Shown here: in pieces, positions 12,330 to 26,868 of the stretch | Layout of the letters: each line of letters begins with the position of its first letter | How positions within the stretch are numbered: the first letter of the stretch is position 1 | From: Catajapyx aquilonaris | Lineage: Eukaryota | DNA length: 64,000 nt | Assembly (NCBI GenBank): GCA_000934665.2 | Contig: KZ538457.1 | Coordinates: forward strand, 1 to 64,000 | Direction of reading: 5' to 3' | Position numbers and translations under genes: made by a program | Notes under the pieces: model-generated | The model's database searches: none | Told to the model about the DNA's origin: nothing | The model's input: only the letters and a program-made list of their open reading frames with translations

Positions 12330-15300
12330 TAAGAAGGTAAGTGTATAATAGAATATGATGTAATATGTAACACTGAAATGGTCACTGAGATGTAACACTT
12401 CATGAAATGTATTATAGCTTCTACTTTTACAACGTTACAGGGACAGCTACACTTCCATATTATCACGATTTAGGCTGAGTACGTTTAACCAGAGTCCACT
12501 CTCTGTCATTGAATTCAGACTTGAGTCTTACATCTTAGTCCAGTTCATGACTTTTGTTGGACTCCTGCCAGTCTGCTCAGTTAAGCAAAAATCGGTTATA
12601 TTCGGGAGGTAATCCATTTATATTTCCCACAATAACCAACTGTGGCCGACTACTCTGCAATCTTCCACCTATAAATGTGCAACTGCATGAAATGTTTTGG
12701 GTTATAGGATGGGACAAATCATGCTCTTGTATTTTAAATTGGGTGAAATTGGGCCTAAGATTTAACATTCTGAAATTGAATATCAAGATGCTAGAAAAGG
12801 CCCGCCAAATAGGCATCCTGGGGCTTCCACCTGCATGTTGTGCAGTGTCTTTTGCAAAATAATGTAAGTTACACATACGACTATTAATATGTATTATAAT
12901 TAAATTACTATGTTTGCTACTAAGTACTGTGCCCAAGTTAGTCATGAATATGCGAGGATTTTATGTGGCTTCATAAATCCAAGTTCTCGCCTGGAAAAAG
13001 GTTTTAATACGCTGTTAATTAATTTCAATGGTCTCAGAAAAAGTATGCAGGCGTTTCTAACGTAGGGGGCATGAACTAATGCTAAGATCTATTTTCCCTT
13101 AGGCCGCCAGGATTGATACCACTTCCGGCATCACAATATGAAGAACATCCATCATTCAAAGCATTATTTTTACCATATGACGAAATCGAACATATCTCCC
13201 AGTGCGTTAGCCTATTGTTTGAATAACGGACCAAAAACTTACTGACCTTTACGTAAAGGGGAATATATACTACAGAATATAGCGAAATGGTGAAGAGAAA
13301 AAACATGTTTAAAGAACCTCGCACACAGAATTAATAGTAAGCATTTGAACATTTGCTTCGGGTACTGTAAACCCTACTAAGTTTTTACTGACTGCACTAT
13401 TATAAACAATACATCTTGAAAAACTGACCTGATTTCCTCTTGGAAAATTTGCACGTCATATAACCAAATGGGTACAATTTTCTGCTCTTGACTGCAAACT
13501 CTGCTGTATAACAGGTTGAATTTTAAAATATAGATATGTAATAATAGAGCTAGTGGTTATAGGTTCACATGTTGCGTAACTCATAAACTGCCCCATGCAA
13601 ATAAAAGCAGTGATTAGGTTGTGGCCTAAGGCATGATAACGGGCTACCGCTTGCACCAGTCGCCACTGTGTGTGTGTCGGTATGTGTGTACTTTATTAAG
13701 CAATGTAGGAGAAATAGGCAACAATTTAAGGATATCGCAATCTTATTTGCTCTATAATTATCATGGACAACTCAAAACCTATACAGAAACTCCTGTGATG
13801 CAGCTCGAGTCTACAAGATAGCAATGTTATACTTGTAATAGTACAAGTATAACATTGCAACAAGTCTTGTACATCGGCATTAATATCGATGTAAGTTTTA
13901 TCACATAGTGTAAAGACAGTCATGGCAGCTAGATTTCCGGTTTTTATTTGTCTATTTCCAAACATGCAGATAATAAAGTGGCACCAAGTGTCACTCTTTA
14001 TATACTCAAGTGCAGTATACAAATATGTGACAAAGACGTCTCCATGTAAGAATATCAAAACTGATATGTCAATGCAATCTGTTTGCGTTGGATAGGTGAA
14101 TTCCCATAAAACATAGTGCAACAGTCCGGCTAATATTTTGATAGCCTATCTGCTGAATATCGCCTGCTGAATTTTTTTTGTTCCTATTTTTAGTATATGC
14201 CTGCATGCACCGAAGAGAGTATGTACTTGAAAGTAGTAATCTATATGTCTACTGAAACATAGTCTAATCCCATTGGAATAATTTGGCCATATCAATTCCT
14301 CAATTCCATTCATTTAAACCAAGTTATTACACCCGGTCACACCCAATTTCTCCCTTTGTAATTATAGGGAGGGCAGGATCCAATGAGGGGAATAGGAAGA
14401 CTCATCTCCCCTAAATTGAATCGTGGTCACGGATCCAGAAAATACCTGCAGGTAAACCTGAATTAATAAGTTTTTCTATTAGACAACGCCTTATAAATTA
14501 CAAACAAAATTCAGGTTCGTATATTCGAAATTCTAAAAAATATATATCAAGCCTCGCCCCTTTCATTACTAGCAAACCTGGCTTATTTTCACCCTTAACT
14601 ATATTGGACCATAAAGCAGTCGTGGCGTTTGCGTTTCGCCAAAATACGTTCCTCCATGCCATAAGGGAAAAAAAACTGAACCGTAACTCCGGAAAAATCA
14701 AATTCCTCTCATTCCTTTCTGAAAGCACTCCGGAATGGGCCCGAAATCGACGAAGCCATCTTGCGGTGCGAAGGTATATTGTACGTTGTAATCAGCGTCA
14801 GGTAGGCTAGCCCGCATGAGTAAGGTCGCTGTTTTTTTTTTTTTTTCCTTGGAAGAGCCGGTGGGATGGTGAGGGTTTTTTTTTTATAGACCTGCTCACA
14901 AACCAGACCTGAGGATATAACCGCCCCAAATTCCCCGCCAAGGCGTAAAAAAAACCAGTCCTTCACGCGGATTTATCCCTTAGACTCGAACGTTACTAGG
15001 CGCCGTTGTACCAATTATGGTGCTGAGTCACTACTGACCAATCGGCTAAAAGTGAAGAGGACAATACGTGCATTGCGACGCTTATCGGTGTCAATTTTTA
15101 CAAATGCGTCGTTTTTTGAGTGTCGCGTGAGGATAAGATTATGTCAGACTTGGCCAAAACAGGTATCTGAGCGGACGCAAGTGACACTGATGAATCACGA
15201 TTTTCCCAACGTCCTAATGGAGACCTTGCGCTTAGGCCGTTGCAATGTGCAACGAATTACATATCAGGGCCATCCTCCTACCAGGCATTTTTGTAGCTAT

Positions 15301-15910
15301 ACCATTGGCTGAGTTGTAACACTAACAAAAGTCTGTCTCGTCACGTAGCGTTGCGCGGTTTTATAATATTCGGTGCATAATAGTGCTTCGAATGTCGGTA
15401 AAAGTTCAGATTTCTTGTCGCAAGATGTCGACGTGTTCCTCAGGACGACAGCAGATGACACGTCCTGAACAAAAAATTGATTCGATATTGTTTGTACAAC
15501 CGGGATGCATATACTTAATTCACTGTTCTTCTCGCGCTTGTTATGTAAAAAATTCTGTTGTGTCCTCAGAAGTGCAGTGGTGACCAATAATTTAGGTTGA
15601 TTGTTATTATACAGTATAATGTGCGAAACAAAATGGTAATTCCATCTAACACAAAACGTCCCATGCTGCAATTTTTACTGTTAAAATGCTGTGTCACTAA
15701 CAGACTGCAGGCCTAGCCTATATTGTTTATACACTCATGGGGAGCAAAAGGTTCCACCTGAAAATTGCATATAGCCTACCTAACCCTAATTATTATCACA
15801 AATTTTTCTTCTGGTGTACTTCATCATACTTATAGGTCGGGTGTTGGGAAGGCAGTCACCCTTTAGACCCCATATCCCTTGTCGGCCCAATAATATTATC
15901 AACAATATTA

Positions 15911-16955
15911 GGGGTAAACCATACAGTTATGGGACACTTAAATTTTTTTACAAGTTCACATCGTCACATGACTCACAGTAATTACATCTGCAGTTTGATT
16001 ATATTTTTTTCTGAATCTTCAGAATGTCCTCTTTCAAGGAGCAACTGTAATTTTGAAATTCTCCTTTACTGTCATTTTTGGTAATGAAAAGTTCCAAAAG
16101 AGTCACAAAAGTACTAACAGTAGTGGGACACTTTTCACAGTTATGGGCCACCTTTGGGACAGTGGTGGGACACATAATTGTAGGGACTCTGATTGTCGTT
16201 TGGAGCCCTTGCGTGGTGCACGGTGTTGCCCAGCACTGTTTCCGACTGTCTCAGCAGCTTTTCAAGTTTGAATCATCATCCCCATCATCTTGTCGTCATT
16301 TGCGTGAAAGATGAATTTACTCCGGAATTATTACCGAACCTGCCTGCCAAGAAAAGAATTTTGTTAAGAACAGATGACTTTCTTATCTGAAATTCCTTCT
16401 AGTCTAGTATCATCAAAAGTTGAATAGTTGCATACCTGCATTAAGCCTACAACAATATTCCATACCAAGAAGCATTTCAAAAAGCAATTTTTAAAATTTA
16501 CCTCGAAATACAGGTATGGGCATTGGGCACGGTATGCACATTTCTGTAAAGTGATGGTTTTGATCCACACAGTTATGGGACACCCCCTTCTACTCATGCT
16601 ATCTATACCGACTCATCATTATTTACAAAATATGAAACTATAGAGCCATGAAAATTGACATCGGAAACCTGGAGTGACGAGAACCCTTGTAAGTTGTAAC
16701 TTATCACTAGCTGCAGTGCTACTCCTTACCGACTACTTAAGGAAGTGGCCCTGATGGAAGTGACCCAGAGACGCGAGGCTCTGGCGACCTTGATGAAAGT
16801 CCAACCGGGAAAAAATTATATACAAAGTTCGCCCAACGATACAGGGCACCCATGGGCAAAAATGATCACTACGTTAACTACACAAATTAATGTGAATAAG
16901 ATTACTATAAGTGTCTCATTACTGTATGGTGTCCCATAACTGTATGGTTTACCCC
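15911..16955. mobile_element. Non-autonomous TA-target (pogo-like) DNA transposon
   Basis: TA|GGGGTAAACCATACAGTTATGGGACAC...GTGTCCCATAACTGTATGGTTTACCCC|TA; the acagttatggg motif recurs internally at ~16137 and ~16569. Confidence 0.8.
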
Positions 16956-19900
16956 TACTTAGGCTACAAAAAAAACACTATATTACAGTATTTTAGATTC
17001 GGTATTCCTACGAATATCCAGAAAAAATTATGACAATTTTCCGAGCTTGGCATGCCAGGTTCAGTCACGCTGGCCACATAATTATACAGTAACTTAAATA
17101 ATATACCCCTAATGCTGTACAAGCTATATGCATGACCAAGAGTAACGGGCTTTATGGATGGCTTCTATTAATAGAATTATAAAATGAAGCAGTATATCTC
17201 TGCCTAACTCTAAAATAATAATGGTGTCGAGAAGACTTTTCTGAAAAGTTGTGAAAATTTATTGCTCATTCACCAAACAAAATATTTACATGTTAAATCT
17301 GTCACGTACAGTGTAACATATGGAGGGAATCAGATAGTTGGTGCTTACTTGTGCAGTACATAAGTTATTTTGAAACAGAACTTCTAAGTAGAAAATATAT
17401 TCATACAGTATCATGATATTTTGGCATGCTCAATTTTACACTGTGCATATAAGCGGTGCCTTTAATCACCATATTTTGTTGTCCCATTTCAGTGAGTAGA
17501 ATGTTTCTTCCTCTTTTTAAATTTTTTTACACATTTTTCACCAATCATAGCCTTGCATTCCTCTCTTCCTTCGAATTTCGTGTTTCCATAAGCCCTATCC
17601 TATTATTATTGAGCACCTGCCCTTCGTTATGGTGACTGACCTAGCCGTAATATTCCCGACTGTACCCCACCTCAGTGACCTCCCTCTTTTCAACCCACCA
17701 ACTCCCAAGCATGTGTTTATCCTCCGACATCTCCCACGCATGACGAGGAAAATCCAGAAAAAAAAGTTAACGTAATGTCTCAATTCGTACAAGGATGACA
17801 AACGTTGGTTATACAAGGTCCACCACTCAGATGAGAGTGAGCCTGTCAGCATGGTTACAATTAAATACACATAAAATATGCGAAAAGTCCCAAGACTATA
17901 CAGACACATATCCACTTCTGGACCAAACGTACGCACATGTATGGCATTGTTCATACAATGCGCATCTACGCGGGGTTTAGGCGAGTGCGTTAGGCCTTCA
18001 ATTTGATAGTTTACAGTGCATCACTAGCAGAACTGGTGTTTACATGGGTGATGCTCTGGCCAAGTCCCCAGTTCAAGAGGAGTATAGGAGAAATTATGGA
18101 TCGTTCACTTCTGCAACCATTTTAAAAAGAAGCAACCGATTTGAAGAAACAATCAAACCACATGAACTTGGCAGGACTGCTGTTTCTGTAACTGGTTACT
18201 GAAGTGGATAATCCACAACTTTTCGGCCTATACCTTCCTCTTATTAAACTAGAGATTTGCGAGGGACACCATAATATATCCTGTAAAATACTATACTCAC
18301 TGTCAGTAAAGTTATACCACCATATTGAGTGTAGATTGTGTCTCGTAATACTTATGCAGAAACCTGTTACACCATAGAGCAGTGGTCTCAAACTTGTTCT
18401 TAAACTTGTTGCATCACAAATAAATACAACCCTTTCCAGTCTGTCGACCCACAGGACCGGTACTTAGGGCCGGTTGTATGGAGGAAAATTGAGAGAATTT
18501 CCCAATATGTCTGATTACGTATTATGAATACCTATGCACAATCAAATATTTTCTCTAATTTGCTTTCAGGACACAAATTAGGGAGAAAATTTCTGATTTT
18601 GGCCCTGATTGTACATACCTATACGTAATCGAAGAATTATCCCTAATTGTCTTTGCGAAAATCTCCCATATTCGCAGGTATTCCCGATGCTTGATCGTGC
18701 AGATATGTCCATTTCGTTTGAGTTGACAACTTGACTTGAACAAAACTCACATGCACTTTTACTGCACCCATTTTGTAACCAAAATAATTTCCTCTCCAGT
18801 AACCTTCACGCGACCCTCAGAACCATCCGAGCGACCCTCGTCTGGGTCGCGACCTCGCACCACGGCCATGTGCAGAATATCACAAGCAAAACTTGGTCAC
18901 TATCATACAGTATATGTGACTGAAGCGCCTGCATTATGCCGTTGTCATATCCTACGCTTTAAGATGATACTCTAACGTCTATAACACGTGTCCAACTATA
19001 TTAAACGCACCTTATGTATCCGTACATTTAACCTTGTCCTTTCTTGGTCTTCTGTTGCCTAACCTTAATATTAGCTTTGCAAAGATAACTTCTAGGGCAA
19101 TTTCCTGTTATGCAATGCTAGGACTGTAATCCATCCGCACCAAGAATATCGTGACCATGATAATCAGGACATACGAGTCAAAAAGGAGCAATGCTTTGTC
19201 ATCTATAGTGTGTGAGTCACCAATGCCAAACTGCACTAAAGAACCACAACTAAGCGTCACCAGTTCTAATTCAGTTAAAATCCTTTTAAAACTCCTCTTA
19301 CCAGTCAACCATTGCGGTCTTCCTGTATTCATGCCACTGACGCCTACAAATTCCTAACACTTCCTCCATAACTTCGCAAGACACAACCATCGCACTAAAA
19401 CCACTTTGACACCAGCCTAAAACCTATATTTTTTTCACTCCAAAAATGGTACAACGCAATTGCAACAGTCGAGGTAAAAATGTCTGTTATAGCGAAGGCA
19501 AGCTACGTGCTGCACAGAACCTTGACAATTAAAGTCTAGCCCCAAGACTCTATATGCATGAAGGCTAAACAAGTTGCAGCCTTGGGAGTGCACATGTGTC
19601 TGAGCATTTGAACAAGCAGAACTGTTACCCTATAGCCAGTCAAGCAGACTGAGGCTGCAGCTGGAGGAGACTCAACTTCATGACCCTCAGCACTTCCCAA
19701 GTCTAGACGGGTTACGTAGGATACTCGAGGTCTTTACGTCTCATGGTCACTTGTATCGGGGCCGACAGTGGAAGCAGGAAAAGGTGTTATCATTTTGTGC
19801 TGATTGCCGCCAAGGTGAGGTTTTGGTCAGGGTCAGCTACCGATGGAATATATGACAGGCATTTTATTTATTTGCATATTTAGTGTAAGAATTTGGGGGA

Positions 19901-21229
19901 GTGGGTTTTTGATTGGTGGAACTAAAAATTGCGCTTATTTGATGGTTACATTGTGGCTCGAAGGCTCCTTCATGGTGTCACTTTCCGCAATCTAAAAAAA
20001 ATGTGTTTAAACCTTAGCGCTAGTGACTCAATGTACTCTAGTGAAAGGATTCAAAATGCTGTCGATAGAGGTCCTCAAGTTACGCCTTTGCCTCTTGCTT
20101 GGATTATTCTTGGCGCTCTCTGAGGGCCAGATCGGCAAGTAACACAGTGAAAATGAATCCTCCCTTCAATCTCCAATGATTAATAATAATAATTGTGACA
20201 ATAACATTATGGAAGTGTAACATTTTATCATTCATTTTTCTGCTTCTGTAGGTGATACGTCATATCTGCAATATTCTCCCTGTTTTCGGAAAATGGAGGA
20301 GGGGTGCAAAGGGGTCCTCGACTGAACAGTAGTCTAATAACACGAAATCCGCAACATATTCCTTTTGTGCCAGTGTAGTACTATAACGAAAATGTTGAGG
20401 TATTTGGTCTTTGTACGAGGGTGTTTTTTAGCCTTCCATTGCGAATAGTTTGTGTTTGTTTCCCAAGTCCATTGGCCATGTGTCCTCCCGTTGCTGCCAA
20501 TTCGAGTAGAAAAAACCTGCTGATCTTTCTGATTCAAATTAAACTGCTCTACTACACCTATAGCTACATACTAAACGATGTGATGGTGTGAATATATTAT
20601 GGTCCGTCGTACTCATGAGAACCTACTGTAATTTTGCACAATTGCCTTTCATACAGGTATCCAAACACTACCGGTACCTGTAAAAGGCTACACAGTTGGA
20701 TAAGGCTAGAAAAAAGTATATGATGTAACTAACTTATGTAAATCGTGACGTCATTCATTGTAAAGCTCTTGATCAGAAAGTACGGCCATGCTTTGACTTG
20801 CGTCATCGGCCTCCATTTTTGGCCTACTATGCCGTAGCATGCTTGAGTTGGACGATGTTTTAATCCTCACCAGGATGCCACAATGCTGTAGAGTAAATTT
20901 TATTGTCACAAACACAGTTGCCTGCTACAGTTACACATTATACTACTGTCTAGCTGACCAAGAAATGGGGGAAATAAAAACGGAAACTTTTGCCTCAGAC
21001 ATTATAGATGGACAGACTGATGGATTATATTATTTTTCACACTACAGTTGGTGTTTACTCAATCTGCTATATTGGCATATATTGCTATATTGGCAGTTAA
21101 CTAGTTTTAAAGGTCTGTATGTATTTTATAGTCTTACCCACAATACGCGAAATATTATACCGTATCGTAAGAATAAGCCAGCTGTTAAAGATAATTTCTA
21201 GATATCCACAATGTTTGGGATGTTTACTG

Positions 21230-21558
21230 TAGTACAGGACATTCACTAAGTGTGGTTCCCCATACTGTTGCTATGAGCCCTTGGGCGACCCTGAAGTATG
21301 TATTATTCTGGGTCTTTTTAGTTGGTTTCAGTTTAGTATTGGTGTTCAGTGTGACAATATACCGTATTGTTGCTTTGTGGTCCGCCTACATGTGGGCTAG
21401 AATTTTTTTCGTATTGCGAACAAAATTTCTATCGCCAGCGCCAGTTCTAAATTGCGTGTTTTCGGATATTTATGGTACGTAGATATCTGCGCTTCAAGTG
21501 TGGCTCACCCAGAAGTTGGTTAAAATAATCACAAAAAATATAAGGAAACGCAAAGCCT
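21230..21558. repeat. Dispersed ~330-bp repeat, copy 1
   Basis: Colinear diverged direct copy at 26503-26868. Confidence 0.75.
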
Positions 21559-21661
21559 GTTCCATATTAAATATCAGACCCGTGGAGTTTTTTATATTAA
21601 CACCAATCAACACCAACTATAGCGAGGCATAGCAATCGTAAGGGGCCTTGTAAGGGGTAAT

Positions 21662-21886
21662 ATTTTTTTACCCCGTGATGTCCCTTACGGGATCTATAGG
21701 GGGGGGGGGGCAGACCACCATCAGTTATATATATTCAATCTTCGGTGCAAGGTGCCAGACACCTCCAAGGTGCAGGTCAGAGACCCTCCCGATGCAGGCG
21801 AAAGGTAGCTCCCAGGCGGGGATCGAAACTGGGACCTTTCACTCAGCAAGCCGAGACGTTACTATCTCGGCCACCACACCTCCCCC
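21662..21886 (-). mobile_element. tRNA-derived SINE, family B (internally deleted)
   Basis: Head and tail match 38678-39045, 47921-48260 and 63476-63802; TSD taaggggt(a/g)at. Confidence 0.8.
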
Positions 21887-21899
21887 TTAAGGGGTGATG

Positions 21900-22182
21900 T
21901 ATTTCTTGTAATACTCCGTGATAGGGCCTTGGGCCCTTTTAGGGAGGGGGTGGAGGTTCTCAAGGGAGGGTTCTCTTAATTAGTTTGTAGTCATTTCTGA
22001 CCCTCTTAAATACCAGACCTTTTCTCTTGGCCCTGAGCAGCGAAGGGAGTGCAAGTCTGCCCGGACATGTCGGGTGAAAAGCGGAAAAAGACCCGACCAT
22101 GCGAAGGTGACGGGAACGGGATTTGAACCCCGGACCTCCCGCTTGGCTGGCCAGTAGCATAGCCACTAGATCACCATGCCCT
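21900..22182 (-). mobile_element. tRNA-derived SINE, family C
   Basis: B box GGTTCAAATCCC; paralogue at 61924-62244. Confidence 0.8.
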
Positions 22183-22984
22183 CTGATAATATTTATTAAC
22201 AACCTTTCTCCATTCGACTGAAACTCTCAAGCAATACTCTCCACGAACATTGAATATATGGACAAGCGCGAAAAAATGAGTATCAAATTTTAGTCATATA
22301 AGGTACAAGAATGTAAATTGGGCAAAATAGCCAGTTATGATGTACGGGTATTTATACAACTGGCCCTTAAAGGTATACAGGAAATCTCATATCTCGACTC
22401 TCTGATTTTGCGTGTTAATACTAGACCATCTGGCAACACACTACGCTTCTCGCTCCTTGCTTGAACAGGTCACTCTACAATAATTTTCTACATCATGATT
22501 TCGCATTCTAGACTTTTGCTGGGGGTATGGTAAATCTCTAAACGTGTCAGTTTATGACTTATAAACACACAATTTAGTACTACAAGAAGTATCCCTCCTA
22601 AATCCTGTGCTTCATGACTTTAGAACATTTTACATCAATCTGATACCGTAAATTATTTTTATATAATTATCCATATTTGCAGAATTATTGATACAAATAC
22701 CATATAACGGCATGAAGAACATTTTGATGATAATTAATTCCTATCAGGAATGTTTAATTAGCGTTAAAATGTATTATAAATTACACTATAATTGTACATG
22801 CATGGGTGTGTTGTCCGGTATATTGGACATTTGTTGCAATAATCAAAATATTTATACTTTTAATCAAGAGTAGACTACTATATTCTTGAATGTATCTGAT
22901 AAAATAATGGATTTGCAACTGAAATGTTCAAATTCAAGACTGAAGAGAAAAGTATTCGCAAAATCAGAGATTTCCGTATATGTG

Positions 22985-23314
22985 GGGAGGCGAAGTGGCG
23001 CTGCGGTAACGTATGCGCCCGCGGATGTTAAGGTCCCGGGTTCGATCCCAACCCGGGGTTCCCCCCTTCATCTCGCGCAGAGTGAGACCGTCTCTGGCTT
23101 CGTTTCGGGTGGCGATCCTTTCACATATGCCACCCGGGGGAGTTCACAAAACGGCACATCAACGACATTGCACACGCACTTTGCACATCCCCTCCTACCT
23201 ACCCTTGGAACACACTAAATACTATCTTAGTATACCGGTTCCACCCAAAAATGGTGGTATTCCATCCCCCTAAAGGAAATGTAACTCCCAATGGGGTAAT
23301 ACAAAAAAAAAAAA
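22985..23314 (+). mobile_element. tRNA-derived SINE, family D
   Basis: A box-like tggcgctgcgg, B box ggttcgatccc, A-tail, TSD tccgtatatgtg at 22973-22984 and 23315-23326. Confidence 0.85.
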
Positions 23315-24706
23315 TCCGTATATGTGAGTGAAGCAACTTTGATAATAATGAGCACATCTCATGCTTTAGACTGTACAGAAGAAACGGAAATCAATATATG
23401 GTTTTATTAAGAGATACATGAGGCAAAAAAATAATCTGCTCTAGAGTTTATTGCAAACGTTACTCGATACTAGCAACCAATGTCGATTATGAAGAAAGTT
23501 TGACGCTGAATAAACCAAAGCATGACACTTTATTATTTTCACCGACCGAAATATTTCTTATTCTTATACCTATAGTAGAATTATTGTGTGTCCAATATGC
23601 ACTACAAATGACTTACACCTACACAAATCAAATAGATTTCTCTATAAGTAATATAGGACCTCGGATTTCATTAGGTCATTAGTCCCAAAATTCAAGATGC
23701 GTTGACTCCACTGCAACAGTTTTTATCCGATGAAAAATAACCCAAACAGGGGGCATTCACTTTTTATGGTTTATGATTTTCTTCGTAGTGAATTTGATTA
23801 CTGCATGAAACTGCAGTATGTAGAGTACAGAGCGTTCACTAATTCAAAGAGCGCTATAAAATTTATAGCAGTGTTCCACTTACATTCTGACACTTGCAAG
23901 GACAGCATGTGCAAAATGAATCGGTCGCTGCTTATCGTACCTTATTCCTGGCCTTCCAGATCCCAGTCCAAAGTAGATTATTATCCATCTTCTAAACTGG
24001 TCAACAGTCTTCAAGCACTTGCTGTCGAGGAACCCTGTTACTATCTTATAAAACTTTGCCAGTTAAGCTTCACTGTGACACGTTTTTAACCACAAGATAC
24101 TATACGATATACCTTGCTCCAAGCCACTAATATTACTCTCTTGTTATTCATTTGGCAGAGACGTTAATACGTAAGTTAGCTACACTTCTCGACTAGCCTG
24201 AGAATAATGAACCCTATAGAATAACTTCTGACCTTACTGATATATGAAAATTCATGTGGCAAATAAACTGGCCATTCCAAATATCGTCGCGGACACTTTG
24301 GAATGCTCAAAGACCCCTGGGTCGAGGTTTGCTATTCACACGAAACACACAATGAAGGAAACACGCACGCACTGCACATCGAAAAAGAATACTCGGATTT
24401 TGAAACGTTATAACTCGAAAACTTGTAGACATATCTAAATGATTTAAGTGCAATCTTTTTCGAAGACCCTGTATAAGCACAGCACTGTTCCACGATCACC
24501 CATGTGTGCCCCGAAAGCAACTGCAGTCAAAGTGTCATATCTGCACGTATATACTGTATGATTCATTCTCCCCAGCTGGTGGTGCATCCTTCAGTCAAAT
24601 GCAATGGAGTATACAACAAATGTAGCCTATGTGATTCAGTTCAATGGGGAGGTAGGGGAATAGATAACAAGTCTGATCTTTAACCTTTTTGTTGTGCCAC
24701 GCCTTA

Positions 24707-24831
24707 GGGCCGGTTCCACCGAGCTCGGTATATGATAAAACCAGGTTTCTTTAGGAAAATCCATACAAATAGATAGGGATTTTGAGAAATACCCTGGTTT
24801 TATCATATACTGAGCTCGGTGAAACCGGCCC
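24707..24831. mobile_element. PIF/Harbinger-type MITE
   Basis: GGGCCGGTT(C/T)CACCGAGCTC...GAGCTCGGTGAAACCGGCCC, ~38-bp arms, TTA/ATA flanks. Confidence 0.8.
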
Positions 24832-26301
24832 ATAGTAACATTTTGGTTCATTACTATTCCTTGCATTTTCCGCAACAGTTAGTTGCTTCATTATTTTTGG
24901 TTATTCTGAAATACCTGGAGTTGTGGTATTAGTCTATTTGAGCTATTCCAGCGCTACGGACGTGAAAATCGCACATGCAGATTGGGAAATATCGCCACGG
25001 TATTATATGCATGTGATGATGTCATGTGTATGGAAAAGAAAAAAATAAGGATCTGAAGTACCATATACCTAGGTATAATACTCTATACGTAACGACCTCC
25101 TGCAATTGCGCACGGAGGAACAGTAAGGGTTATTGTACGTCTTACAAAAGTATCCGCCCACCCATGAAATACAGTATACCGGTATAGGGTGCGGGTGATA
25201 GGAAAAAAACCACCGGAACCATTGAACATAGGATATGGAAGGTCGCTTACCAACCCAAGGGCACACATAGCTGTAGATCTATCTCTTCACCACAGTTATA
25301 TAACTTAACATGGGAGATAATGACAAATAAAATTGTGCTAGTGATGTCAAATATTTCTGCCCACCGCGAAACTCCAGTCCCACTACGATGGGTACTAGCA
25401 AGAGCTTGGTACAGTACTAGTGACACCCTTTTTTATACAGGAAAACCCCCTTTCACGCGTTAAAAGAATGGATCCACGTAATAATGTAATAGTGTTAATA
25501 ACCACTAACATTAACTACGCACTTTAAGTTAGCAGTTTAGGGCCCAAAATCGCTAACCACTTTAATAGCACTTTCAGTGCCTTTGATTTCTAAAAGCTCT
25601 GTACTGCACGTGGAGCTGACAGTGTTCAATTTGTCACAATAACCAGGTTTATTTCTCAAAGGAATTTACTGCTGAATGCAAGACGTTTTTGCTGATTTTC
25701 TTCCTCACTTACTAGTAGAGTCTTGTTACTCCAACATGGCATTTGAATTTAGATCGGGGACCTGAACACTCTTCATGGGCCAATACCACAAAAAATTAAA
25801 ACTTGCAATGGTGTTTTGAAAGCATTGCACGACCTGCAAAAGCATGCAGTGCTGAGAGCCCCCAAAAAATTCGATGCTCCAAACAGAGCAAAGGAATTAT
25901 TTCAGTTAGAAAGTGGTGGGACCACATGGCCATGAGTGTGACATGAGTTCATGAGTAAACAGTTAACAATAGAGCCTGGCCTGGCCTTGCATTTACATAC
26001 CCATGTGGACACATTCCATGGTTTTCTTGGATTTTTTTAATTCGGAGACAGAAACCCTTCAACTTGCTGTGTGACAGATATTTTGTATCTTCAATTTGCT
26101 GTCGACATCTGTGCCTTCCTTCCGGCCGCAGGCGAAATTTTTTTGGGGTTCAAGGTCACAAAGTTCAGGTGAATGTAGCTGACAAAGTACAGTGGAATCT
26201 TCCTACACTGCAAGCACATCGGATACAAGCAAGGAGAAAAGTCGGTCCCTTCATATTTCCAGCAGCGCCAAGTGGAAACATGTTACAGTACATTATTTTA
26301 C

Positions 26302-26328
26302 NNNNNNNNNNNNNNNNNNNNNNNNNNN
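26302..26328. other. Assembly gap (27 N) next to a poly-C run
   Basis: N characters in the sequence. Confidence 1.
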
Positions 26329-26502
26329 CCCCCCCCCCCCCCAGGTTGCTATAGACACTTCTTCGCATTTCAAAACTTCAATCATTAAGATACCGTATGT
26401 CTACAAGTTTTCGAGTTATAAGGGTTTTAAAATCCGCCCATTCTTTTTCGATCACCCTGTATATTACCGGTACTTCATAATGATTGTGTCTCTCTTACTG
26501 TA

Positions 26503-26868
26503 TAGTACAGGACTGCCAAGCGTGATTCCCCATAAGACTGTTGTTATGAACCCCTGGGCGGCCCTGAAGTAGATGATTGTATTATTCTAGGTCTTTTTTA
26601 GTTGGTTTCAGTTCAGTCTTTAGTGTTCAGTGTGACAATATATTCTTGCATTTTGGTCCGCCTAGATGTGGGCTAGAATTTTCTTCGTATTGCCAACAAA
26701 ATTTCTATCGCCAGCGCAGCGCCAGTTCTAAATTGTGTGTTTTCAGATATTATTTTCTGGCGCGTAGATGTCTGCTCTGCAAGTTATTAGTGTGAGCCAA
26801 TTTTTAACTTTCTGGCTCACCCATAAGTGGGTTAAAATAATCACAAAAATGTAAGGAAACGCAAAGGC
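26503..26868. repeat. Dispersed ~330-bp repeat, copy 2
   Basis: Direct copy of 21230-21558. Confidence 0.75.

Noticed and set aside
22985..23060. tRNA-like sequences here and at 11875, 39000, 40860, 62180 and 63944 as tRNA genes
   Set aside because: No intact cloverleaf; they are multi-copy heads, mostly followed by SINE bodies, tails and TSDs.
26120..26290. Sequence shared with ~42810-42875, ~51870-51945 and ~58000-58060 as a conserved regulatory element
   Set aside because: Dispersed, diverged fragments best explained as a non-autonomous DNA transposon family; ends not resolved.
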